The notes beneath the pieces are model-generated. The model had not been told where the DNA came from. It made no database searches and worked only from the letters and a program-made list of their open reading frames with translations. From an uncultured Bifidobacterium sp. (GTDB lineage Bacteria > Verrucomicrobiota > Verrucomicrobiia > Limisphaerales > JADLHS01), in NCBI GenBank assembly GCA_964594985.1, contig CAZQNQ010000006.1:1997-65996 (forward strand): a DNA stretch of 64,000 nucleotides, read 5' to 3'. Within the stretch, counting starts at the first letter, position 1; every line of letters starts with the position of its first letter. The position numbers were made by a program, and so were the translations under genes. Positions 35,787 through 44,100 of this stretch are shown here, one piece after another.

Positions 35787-36999
35787 GGCTCAGGATCAAG
35801 GCGCCGTTCACTCCGCCGAAACCGGTGTTGAGTTTCAAAACATGTTTCAGCGCGACACCGGGCCGCGGAGTTTTCACCAGACTGGCGGGAAGTCCTTCGG
35901 CAATCGTGTCCAAGCGGGGCGTTCCCGGCAGAAAGTTTTCCTGCATCGCCAGCACACATGCGATGGTTTCAACGACGCCGGCTGCGCCCAGCGTGTGGCC
36001 CAACATGCCCTTGATGCCGCTGAGGGGCGGGATGGCGTCGCCGAAGACCGTGCGCAACGCGGCGGATTCCATGGCGTCGTTGTACGGCGTGCCCGTGCCG
36101 TGGACGTTGACGTAATCAATCTGCCCGGGCTGCAACTTCGCAGTGTGAAGCGCGGCGCGGATGGCTTGGGCGAGACCCGCGCCGTCGCGCGACGGGCCGG
36201 TCATGTGGTTGGCGTCATTGCTCGAACCCCAGCCGCGAATGGTGATGGAAGATTTTGGTGCGAGGTCGCTGCGCACGAGCATAATTGCCGCACCTGCTTC
36301 TCCAGGGCTGAGGCCGCGGCGGTTTTGGTCGAATGGGCGGCAACCTTCCGGATCAATCGCCTTGAGGGTGGTGAAACCGCCGACGACAAAGGCGGACAGA
36401 TGATCCACGCCAACAACGAGCACGGCGTCGGCCGCGCCGCGTTGGATGAGTTTCGCGCCCTGCATCAATGCCACAAGGCCGGAGACGCAGGCGTTGGAGA
36501 TGTTTTGCACCGGGCCACGCGCGCCAAATTCAGCGGCGAGGTCGGCGGTGAGGAGATCGGCTTGCAGATGACGACGCGCGGCGGCAGAGCAGGGGCGGCC
36601 ATCAGAGAGGCGTTCGAGCGCTTCGATGTTGGCCTTGGTGGTGGAGAGCACCAAGCCGAGGCGATCGGGGGAAATGTCCACGGTAGGGCGCGTCACTCCG
36701 TGCGCGCCGTCGTTGCCAGGAAGAAGCCCGGCGCGCACGGAGTGACGCGTCCTACCATCGCAGGTCGCAGAAATTGCTTCGCGAATCGCGATGGTCGCGA
36801 GTTGATGCGCGGGGTTGTCGGTGGCAGGGTCAATCGGCGCAGTGCCGACGATGTTGGATTGGAAGCGCAGGGCGTTGAAACGTTCGTTCGGGCGAAGGTG
36901 GCTGGTGTTGGTGCGCAGAGCTTCGAGCAAGGCGGAAGTGCCGTTGCCCGCCGCGCTGATGACGCCGCAGCCCGCGATGGCAACTTGCGGCTCACGCAT
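35779..36999 (-). CDS. Beta-ketoacyl-ACP synthase (FabF/FabB-like)
   Basis: ISNACVSGLVALMQGA (active Cys), HMTGPSRDG, NVHGTGT and GHTLGAAG. Carries a 75-bp palindromic insertion in frame (36682-36756). Confidence 0.9.
   Translation of the reverse strand: MREPQVAIAGCGVISAAGNGTSALLEALRTNTSHLRPNERFNALRFQSNIVGTAPIDPATDNPAHQLATIAIREAISATCDGRTRHSVRAGLLPGNDGAHGVTRPTVDISPDRLGLVLSTTKANIEALERLSDGRPCSAAARRHLQADLLTADLAAEFGARGPVQNISNACVSGLVALMQGAKLIQRGAADAVLVVGVDHLSAFVVGGFTTLKAIDPEGCRPFDQNRRGLSPGEAGAAIMLVRSDLAPKSSITIRGWGSSNDANHMTGPSRDGAGLAQAIRAALHTAKLQPGQIDYVNVHGTGTPYNDAMESAALRTVFGDAIPPLSGIKGMLGHTLGAAGVVETIACVLAMQENFLPGTPRLDTIAEGLPASLVKTPRPGVALKHVLKLNTGFGGVNGALILSHE
36682..36756. repeat. 75-bp palindromic element inside the ketosynthase ORF
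   Basis: ggtagggcgcgtcactccgtgcgcgcc ... ggcgcgcacggagtgacgcgtcctacc (27-nt arms, 1 mismatch). 25 codons, translated as CDGRTRHSVRAGLLPGNDGAHGVTRPT. Confidence 0.85.
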
Positions 37000-37402
37000 A
37001 CAACGACAAATCTCCGGTCGCGATGAGTTCCGCGTCGCAGGAAATCTTTCCTGTGATCATCAGCATCGGACCGAGGCGTTTCACTTCGCGGACTTCGATG
37101 GTCAAAGTCTGATCGAGCGGCGGGCGGGAGTGAATCTTGAAGTTTGAGACGGCGGCGAGCATGCCGTTGTTGGCTGTGCCGGATTTGCCGCCGGCCTGCA
37201 TCCGCTGACCGAGCGCGGCGGCGACGGTCTGGGCCATGCATTCAACCAGTGCGGTTTCAATCACCATTCCATTCACGACCGCAAAATGTTCGGCCGGGAA
37301 ACGTGTCGTGGCCGTCGCGGTGGTTTCCGTGCAATCAAGCAATTCTTCCACCCAGCGCATCGGAGCGCGGTGGGGAATGAGTTGTTCGATGGCGGCGGAC
37401 AT
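36992..37402 (-). CDS. Hotdog-fold dehydratase/thioesterase-like protein (ApeP-like position)
   Basis: 136 aa. LIPHRAPMRWVEEL resembles the LPHR.P...VD N-terminal motif of FabZ-like proteins. Overlaps the downstream KS by 8 nt. Confidence 0.6.
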   Translation of the reverse strand: MSAAIEQLIPHRAPMRWVEELLDCTETTATATTRFPAEHFAVVNGMVIETALVECMAQTVAAALGQRMQAGGKSGTANNGMLAAVSNFKIHSRPPLDQTLTIEVREVKRLGPMLMITGKISCDAELIATGDLSLYA

Positions 37403-37405
37403 TTG

Positions 37406-38446
37406 TTAGTGTGCGCTGGGGTTGGGCGATGCCCCCCTCACCCCGTCCCTCTCCCCATCGGATGGGGCGAGGGGGGCCGTCAGGGTGGGTGAGGGGTTGG
37501 CGTGCGGATTGGATTGTTCGTTGCCGTTCGGGGTGGGTTTGGCCGCTTCCCAGAACGGGAAAAAATTATACCACTGGAACGGGTCGCGCTTGACGATGGT
37601 TTCAAGGCGCGCGGCGAATTGCGTGGCACAGGCGCGGAGATGGGCGTCGCGTTGGTGATGGGGCGGATGATGCGGCGGCACGGGCGGAAAGCCGAAGAAG
37701 TGATAATGCCCGCCCGGTTCGCGCAAACTGAACACCGTGACGATCGGAGCGCCCGCAATCGCCGCCATGACGTAGCCGCCGATGGGGAAGTGCGCTTGCC
37801 CACCGAGGAATGAAATGGTCTGTGCCGGGCTGCCGTAGGTGCGGTCACCCATCATGCAGACGAGTTCACCGCGCCGCATCGCCGCGACAAGCTGGATGGC
37901 GTCGGTGGGCGAGCCGGTGAGCGGGATGAGTTTGAAATGTTGCTTTGCGGAGCGGTCCAGGGTCGCGCGGATGGCGGGCGCTTCCTTGTCAAAGCCGGTG
38001 ACGTTGATGGGGCATTTGACGCGTGAAAGGAGCTGGCCGGCGGCTTCCCAATTGCCGACGTGCGCGGTGAGGAGCAACACGCCTTTGCCGGCGGCGACGG
38101 CGTCGTGGATGTTCTGTTCGCCATCGAACGTGAAGGAAAATTTATTCGCGCCGCCGGCAAGGATGGCGGAGCGATCAATGATGGCGCGGCCGAACGAGTG
38201 GAAATGTTTGAACACATACCAGCGGCGTTTCCACCACGGGATTTTACCGAAGACGCGGCGGTGGAAATCCATTGTGGCCGGCACGTCGGGCGAGGCGAAG
38301 CTGAAATACAGCGCGGGCGGGATCGCGAAGAGATACGCGACGCGCGGGCCGAACCAGCGGATGAGCGCGAGGAAGAACGCGATGCCGCGTTTGCCGCCGC
38401 GCAACTGGCCGGTGCCGGACCAGTGTTTGGTTTCAGGCGCAGCCAT
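37406..38446 (-). CDS. LpxL/HtrB-family (lipid A lauroyl-type) acyltransferase
   Basis: LLTAHVGNWEAAGQ (the H-x4-E/D box of the LpxL/HtrB family) and an N-terminal membrane segment. The last about 30 codons are encoded by a 63-bp palindromic repeat (37434-37496). Confidence 0.7.
   Translation of the reverse strand: MAAPETKHWSGTGQLRGGKRGIAFFLALIRWFGPRVAYLFAIPPALYFSFASPDVPATMDFHRRVFGKIPWWKRRWYVFKHFHSFGRAIIDRSAILAGGANKFSFTFDGEQNIHDAVAAGKGVLLLTAHVGNWEAAGQLLSRVKCPINVTGFDKEAPAIRATLDRSAKQHFKLIPLTGSPTDAIQLVAAMRRGELVCMMGDRTYGSPAQTISFLGGQAHFPIGGYVMAAIAGAPIVTVFSLREPGGHYHFFGFPPVPPHHPPHHQRDAHLRACATQFAARLETIVKRDPFQWYNFFPFWEAAKPTPNGNEQSNPHANPSPTLTAPLAPSDGERDGVRGASPNPSAH
37434..37496. repeat. 63-bp palindromic element (CCCCTCACCCC family) forming the C-terminal tail of the LpxL-like ORF
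   Basis: cccctcaccccgtccctctccccatcggatggggcgaggggggccgtcagggtgggtgagggg. Translated as ...PTLTAPLAPSDGERDGVRG. Confidence 0.85.
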
Positions 38447-38545
38447 GCGGACTAAGCGCCTCCTTTCCGGTTCTGCGCCAGGCCGGGGACCAAGGTGGTT
38501 GGCTTGTCCATTTCCGTGAACTTCTCAAGAGTGGGTCGAGCCGAT

Positions 38546-38908
38546 TCAATTCGTCGGATTCCAGATGAAACGTCCGGTGTCGTCAATGGAACCGACTTTG
38601 CGGGAGATCTTCACCCGGGCCAGGCCGTCGGTGAACGGTGTCGCTTCATCGAACTGCGGGTTGATGACATATTTGCCATCCCGGCTGATGTAACCCCAGC
38701 GACCGGCGATTTTCACCCGGGCGAGGTCGGACGCGAACGCATCCGCAGCGTCGAACTGCGGATTGACGACCAGCCTGCCGTTCTTGTCCACAAAGCCCGA
38801 CTCGCCGCCCACGATCACGGGGTAAAGCGTGCCAGCGCCGGCGGGGAGAGAAGCGGTCAAGCCCAACGCCGCGAGCGTCAGCCCGAGCCAGACGGAGGTT
38901 CTTTTCAT
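38546..38908 (-). CDS. Secreted WG-repeat (KWG-type) protein
   Basis: Subset of ORF 38546..38932, starting at MKRTSVWLGLTLAALGL. Three repeats of the form G(F/Y)(V/I)D/SxxGxxVI/VNPQFDxAxxF. Confidence 0.6.
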   Translation of the reverse strand: MKRTSVWLGLTLAALGLTASLPAGAGTLYPVIVGGESGFVDKNGRLVVNPQFDAADAFASDLARVKIAGRWGYISRDGKYVINPQFDEATPFTDGLARVKISRKVGSIDDTGRFIWNPTN

Positions 38909-39023
38909 AAAACGGTTTGGTTGCAGAATCATGATTTCAACTGAACGGACCTCGGGAAACAGTTCCGGTCAGGATGACGATTCTATTTTGGGCCGGGGGT
39001 CAGTCAAGAAACCAATCGGGAGA

Positions 39024-39131
39024 CCTCACGCCAAGGGCGCGGCGGACGCAAAGGCGGGAAAGGCTTTGCCTGCATCGCATACCGAGCATCGGCTGAATTG
39101 TCGTTGCGTCCGTGGCGGTCTTGGCGTGAGG
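39024..39131. repeat. 108-bp palindromic REP-like element
   Basis: cctcacgccaagggcgcggcggacgcaa ... ttgcgtccgtggcggtcttggcgtgagg, in the intergenic region between the WG-repeat and GH51 genes. Confidence 0.65.
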
Positions 39132-39175
39132 CGGATTGGCTTGAAACGCGCCGGTTCAAGAGACCGGCGGCCCGT

Positions 39176-41143
39176 TCATTTCACGCGCAGGACGGTCAGG
39201 GAGTTGGCAGGAGACTTGTAGGTGTGGCCCTTGGCCTTGAGTTTTAAGATGCTTTCCGCTGGAGCGATCTTCCTCGGCTCGGCAAAGGAGTTTTCATCCG
39301 TGGTCTTGGTGCTGGTCAACACATACGCTTGCGCGGTGAGGGCGGATTTTGCCGTGCCGCTCAGGGTCAATTTCACATCGGCGGGGGCATTGTCGCCGTT
39401 CACGATCTTGATGATGACTTCGCCGGTGGCGTTGTCGCGGGTGGCGGAGGCGTAGAGTTTCTTCTTGTCCACGCCCTCAAGTTTGACGGGCAGGATGACG
39501 TCGCCACGATGGTTGGCGAAGAGTTTCTGCACGTAGTAGTTCGGTGTGCCGTAGATGTTCAGGTTGTCCACCCAGATGAGATTGGGCGTCCATTGCCAGC
39601 CATCAATGTGCGCGAAGAGCGGCGCGTAGCTCGCCATGGTGACGACTTCGGCGTTGCGTTCGAGGCCGGTCATGAACGCGGCTTCCGAGATGGCGGTTTC
39701 GAGGTTGTTGCGATTGAGAACGCTGACGATCTTGTCGCTCTGGGCCGCGTATTCACCGAAGAAGACCTTCGGGCCTTTGCGGTCGTATTTATCGTAGCGA
39801 TGGGTGTTGTTGAAAAACCAATCGGGCTTGGCGTAGCAGTGTTCGTCCACGATGTCGGCTTTGAGTTCGCGGAGTTTTGGCCATGCATAGTTGAAATGAT
39901 TGCCGTCCGGACCCGGGCCGGCGCTGGAGACGAGTTGAATCTCCGGATGCTTCTCCTTCAGCACGGCGTGGAACTTCGCGTAGCGTTCGAGGTAGGGTTG
40001 CTGCCAGTTTTCGTTGCCGATGCCGAGCATCGTCAGGTGGAACGGCGCGGGATGACCCATCGCGGCGCGTTTCGCGCCCCAGGTGGAATTGGTCGGACCG
40101 TTGGCGAATTCGATCAGGTCAATCGCGTCCTGAATGTAGGAGTCGAGATCATCGAGCGGGCAGGCTTCGCCGGAATTGAACTGGCACGCGAGACCGCAGC
40201 TTAGGATCGGCATCGGTGCCGCACCCATGTCTTCGCAGAGCTGGAAGAACTCAAAGAAACCGAGGCCGAACGATTGGTAGTAATCCGGGGTGGGGCGATG
40301 GAGGAATTCCACGTTCCAGCGATTGAGCATGGTTTCACGTTCCTCGACCGGGCCGAGGGTTTTCTTCCATTGATAACGATTCGTCAGGTAGATGCCTTCG
40401 ACGATGCAGCCGCCGGGGAAGCGCATGAAACCAGGCTTGAGGTCGGCGAGCTTTTGCGCCATGTCGGCGCGCAGACCGCCGGGGCGGTTCTTCCAGGTGT
40501 TTTCGGGAAAGAGCGAGATCATGTCGAGGTCCACCGTGCCCGCGCCGTCCACGAGCACGTAGAGTTTGGCCCTGGCGTCGGTCTGGTTCGGTTTTAACAC
40601 GGCGGAATGCTTCGCCCACTCGCCGGAGAATTTTTCGAGACGCGCAGAATGGAGCAACGCGCCGCCGGAGCTGTAGAGTTCGATCCGCAGTTTCGGCGTG
40701 CCGGACCCGACCCGGATCTGGGCGGAGAAATTGTAAGCCTCGCCCTGCCTCACGCCGATGCCGCGGAAGCCCTCGTTCGCGATGCCGAACAAATCCTTCC
40801 CCTGCGATTCGATACGGAGGTAGTGCGGGTTCTTGGCGTTGAAGGGATTCTCCTCGCGGATGGCGAGCGTCCCGACGGATTTGCTCGGGCTAAGGGCGTG
40901 CCAGCCCATCAGCGGCTCGGGAAACTCGAACGCGCGGTTCTTGATGAGTTCAGCGTAGAGGCCGCCGTCGGCGCCGAGGTTGATGTCCTCGAAGAAAATC
41001 CCCCACATGGCGGGATTGATCTTTGCGCCGGGTTGATCGGCCTGGATGGTGAGCGTGGGGTTGGCCCGCGCGGCGTGAGTCAGGGCGAGCGCGGTCGTTG
41101 CAGTCAGGAGCAGGGCTTGCAGTTTCATTGGTTGAGGTGACAA
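39176..41143 (-). CDS. GH51 alpha-L-arabinofuranosidase
   Basis: Signal peptide. MRFPGGCIVEG, LGIGNENW (acid/base Glu context), FFGEYAA and the C-terminal beta-sandwich are typical of GH51 AbfA-type enzymes. Confidence 0.85.
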   Translation of the reverse strand: MSPQPMKLQALLLTATTALALTHAARANPTLTIQADQPGAKINPAMWGIFFEDINLGADGGLYAELIKNRAFEFPEPLMGWHALSPSKSVGTLAIREENPFNAKNPHYLRIESQGKDLFGIANEGFRGIGVRQGEAYNFSAQIRVGSGTPKLRIELYSSGGALLHSARLEKFSGEWAKHSAVLKPNQTDARAKLYVLVDGAGTVDLDMISLFPENTWKNRPGGLRADMAQKLADLKPGFMRFPGGCIVEGIYLTNRYQWKKTLGPVEERETMLNRWNVEFLHRPTPDYYQSFGLGFFEFFQLCEDMGAAPMPILSCGLACQFNSGEACPLDDLDSYIQDAIDLIEFANGPTNSTWGAKRAAMGHPAPFHLTMLGIGNENWQQPYLERYAKFHAVLKEKHPEIQLVSSAGPGPDGNHFNYAWPKLRELKADIVDEHCYAKPDWFFNNTHRYDKYDRKGPKVFFGEYAAQSDKIVSVLNRNNLETAISEAAFMTGLERNAEVVTMASYAPLFAHIDGWQWTPNLIWVDNLNIYGTPNYYVQKLFANHRGDVILPVKLEGVDKKKLYASATRDNATGEVIIKIVNGDNAPADVKLTLSGTAKSALTAQAYVLTSTKTTDENSFAEPRKIAPAESILKLKAKGHTYKSPANSLTVLRVK

Positions 41144-41181
41144 CTCAGTTGGTGTGATTCAGAGGATGGCGGGTTGATCGG

Positions 41182-44100
41182 TCAAGGTTCAAGAATGCGG
41201 ACGCGGAAGAAGCGGTTGGTTTCGCCGGTGAGCGGCCCGGCGATGGTATCCACAAAGTTCGCCGCGCTGAACCAGAGTGTGTTTTCCGGCACATCCCAGA
41301 GATTCCAGTTGGCAAAATCGCTGCTGGATTCGACGAGGAAGCCGAGATTGGCGACGCGCGTGAAACTGACGCCGACCGTCCCGGCGGATTCATCAATGGC
41401 AATCGTCCACGGTGCGGGCACGGCGTTTGTCGGCGAGGTCTGTGTCAGGTATTCGTAATAGTTGTTCGCACCGTCGCCATCAGGATCGGCGGTGGCGAGC
41501 GCGTTGGCGGCATTGGTCGAGCCGAAGATGGCCAACTGCCATTGCGCGAAGCTCTGACGGTTCGTCAACTCGGTGGAGATCCACGTGTGCAATAGATTCG
41601 TGGCGGATTCGTCAATGACCGCCGTGGCGAGCGGCGGCATGCGGCTGAAACCGTTCGCGCGGATGCGTTGCAGGATGACGGAGTGGACGGTGTCGCCGGG
41701 GATGATGAGCTGGTTGGCGGGATTGCCGCCGTTGTTGTAAGGCGTGCCGTTGATGAGTTTGGTGGCGTCCAGCGAGAGCCAGGCGCGCGCGTCCCAAGTG
41801 GACGGACCTGAGCCCGCCGGCTGATGGCATTGGACGCAATTCACGGACAGGTAAGAGCGCACGCGATGTTCCAAACTGACCGAGGCATCGTTGGCGCGGG
41901 AGAACGCGGGCAACGTCTGCGGCGCGCTGACGGGATTGGCGAAATAACCGGCGGCACTGAGCAAGGCGAGCTGGTTGTCGGTGTGCCCGTTCATCGTGGC
42001 GGGCTGATTCAACTGCCGCGTGTTGAAGCTCAAGGCCAGCCCGCCGACTTCCGTGTGACACGCGAGACATTCGCTGCGCGACGGAATGCTCCATTGCTGG
42101 ATCAAGGTGGAGAGGCCGTTGGTGATGGTGAGACTGAAATTGGTGCCGCCATCGGGAACGAGGAACGCCTCCGTACCCGCCGCGTTCCACGCGTAGCTGA
42201 CGCCGTAAATACTGTTCGTGGTCTTCACGACGAACCGGGTTTCGAGGCGCTTTTTGGTGGCGGGATTGCCGCGTTCCAGTTCCATGTCGAAATGTTTCAC
42301 CCAGACCATGCCGGTGGGCAGTGTCCAGTTGCCGTCGGCGACGTGTGTGACGGTGTCGGTCAGATTCGGAATGCCGAACCAACGGCTCTTGATCGCGTGA
42401 TCGGACCAGAACGGCACGATGGGATCGTAGTTCACGACGCCGGGACTGGGCGCGAGATCGGTGAGATCGGCAAACGCGCCGGTGTCGCTGAGTTTTTGCG
42501 GAAAGTCGTTGTCTTCGCCGGGCACAGCGATGAGACGCTCGATGCGGTTCATCACGTAATTGGCGATCAACACGTCGCCGTTGCCGGGATCGAGTCCGAA
42601 GCCGGCGGGCGCAATCACGCCCGCGAGCCGCTGCACGGCGGCGACGGAATTGTTCGTGCGCCAGAGCGCCCAGATGTGGGTGGATTCAAAATCGCCGAAG
42701 ATGTAAGCGCCCGTGAGTTCGGGGATCTTGGTGCCGCGATAGACGACGCCGCCGGTGACGGAGTTGCCTTTGAATTGTGGCTCACTGCCCGCGCGGGCCG
42801 TGTGCAGATACGAGTAGAATGGCGGCGCGTGGACAAAGCCGGGAGGCGGATTGGAGAGCAGCGTGGGTTGGGTCGGATAAAGCGTGACGGCGTTGGACCA
42901 ACCTTCGTGATACGCCCAGCCGTAATTGCCGCCGTTGGTGACGATGTTGATCTCCTCGATCCAATCCTGGCCCACGTCGCCGACCCAGATGTCGCCGGTC
43001 GGCGCGTCAATCGAGAAGCGCCAGATGTGGCGGAAGCCAAGCGCGAAGATTTCGGCGCGCAGCGTGTTGGTGTTGATGGCCGCGCCGAGGAAGCTCGTGG
43101 CGTTGACGAATGGATTGCCGGCCGGAATGGAGTAATACGCCAGACCGGAGGCATTCGTGTAGATGGTCGTGGTGTTGGCGGAGGGTTTGGGTTCGGGATT
43201 GCCCGGCTTCTTGTCCACGTCAATGCGCAGCAGCGCGGAGTACAGATCCTTGTCAATGCGCTGGGCATTCTGGCGGATGTTGTATTGCTGCCCCTCATCA
43301 CCCGTGCCGATGTAGAGGTAACCGTCGTTGCCGAAATGCAGGTCGCCGCCGTTGTGGTTGAAATCCTGATCCACAACATCGAAGAGGCGGAGCTGCGTGT
43401 TGGTGTTCACGGTCAGCGTGTTCGGGTCCGCGGTGAAGCGCGCGAGCCGGTCAATGTACGGCGAGCCGGGCGCAGTGTAGAACACGAAGAAATAACCGTT
43501 GGTCGCGAAGCCGGGATGAAACGCCATGCCCATCAGGCCGCGTTCGCCCTCGGCTGTGTCGTCGAAGGACATCTGGTTCACGAGGTCGAGGAAGACGAGG
43601 CGTTGCGGGGTGACGGCGTTGATGTCGGGCACGTAGGAAATGCGGCCGCGGCGCTCCACGACGAAGATCTGGTTCGTGCGTCCCGGTGGCGTGGTGATGG
43701 CCAGCGCGTCCTCGAAGACGAGTCCGGGAAAGGCATCTTCAAACGCAAAGCCGACCGGCGGCTTGGTGGGCGGCAGGGCAAGCGAGGGGGCGGCGAGACG
43801 GAGCGCGTTGGTGATCGTGAGTGAAACTGCGGCCGGGGCGGAATTGCTGCCGACAAAGTTTTGCACGCGATAGGTGAAGGAGTCGAAAGCCGTCACGCTG
43901 TTGTTGTGGGTGTAGAGGATTTTCCCATCGGACTTCACCACGGCGGTGCCGCTGCCGGGCGGAGTGACGATCTGCACCGTGCTGGACGAAATCGAACCCT
44001 GATCGTTCGCGAGGACGTCGAGCAGGACCTTGGCACCCGGATTCAGGGTGGCGGAGTCGGCGGTCGTCGTGGGCGGTGCGACCTCGAGGGCATCCGGCCC

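Noticed and set aside
35524-37026. 500-aa plus-strand ORF
   Set aside because: It is antisense to the ketosynthase and KS-like genes, which have textbook active-site motifs.
39147-39169. Hairpin cgccggttcaagagaccggcg downstream of the GH51 gene as a Rho-independent terminator
   Set aside because: The 7-bp stem is not followed by a clear U-tract on the transcribed (minus) strand, so the support is insufficient to call a terminator.
41824-43824. 666-aa plus-strand ORF
   Set aside because: It is antisense to the giant LamG-SGDH-cytochrome gene and has shadow composition.
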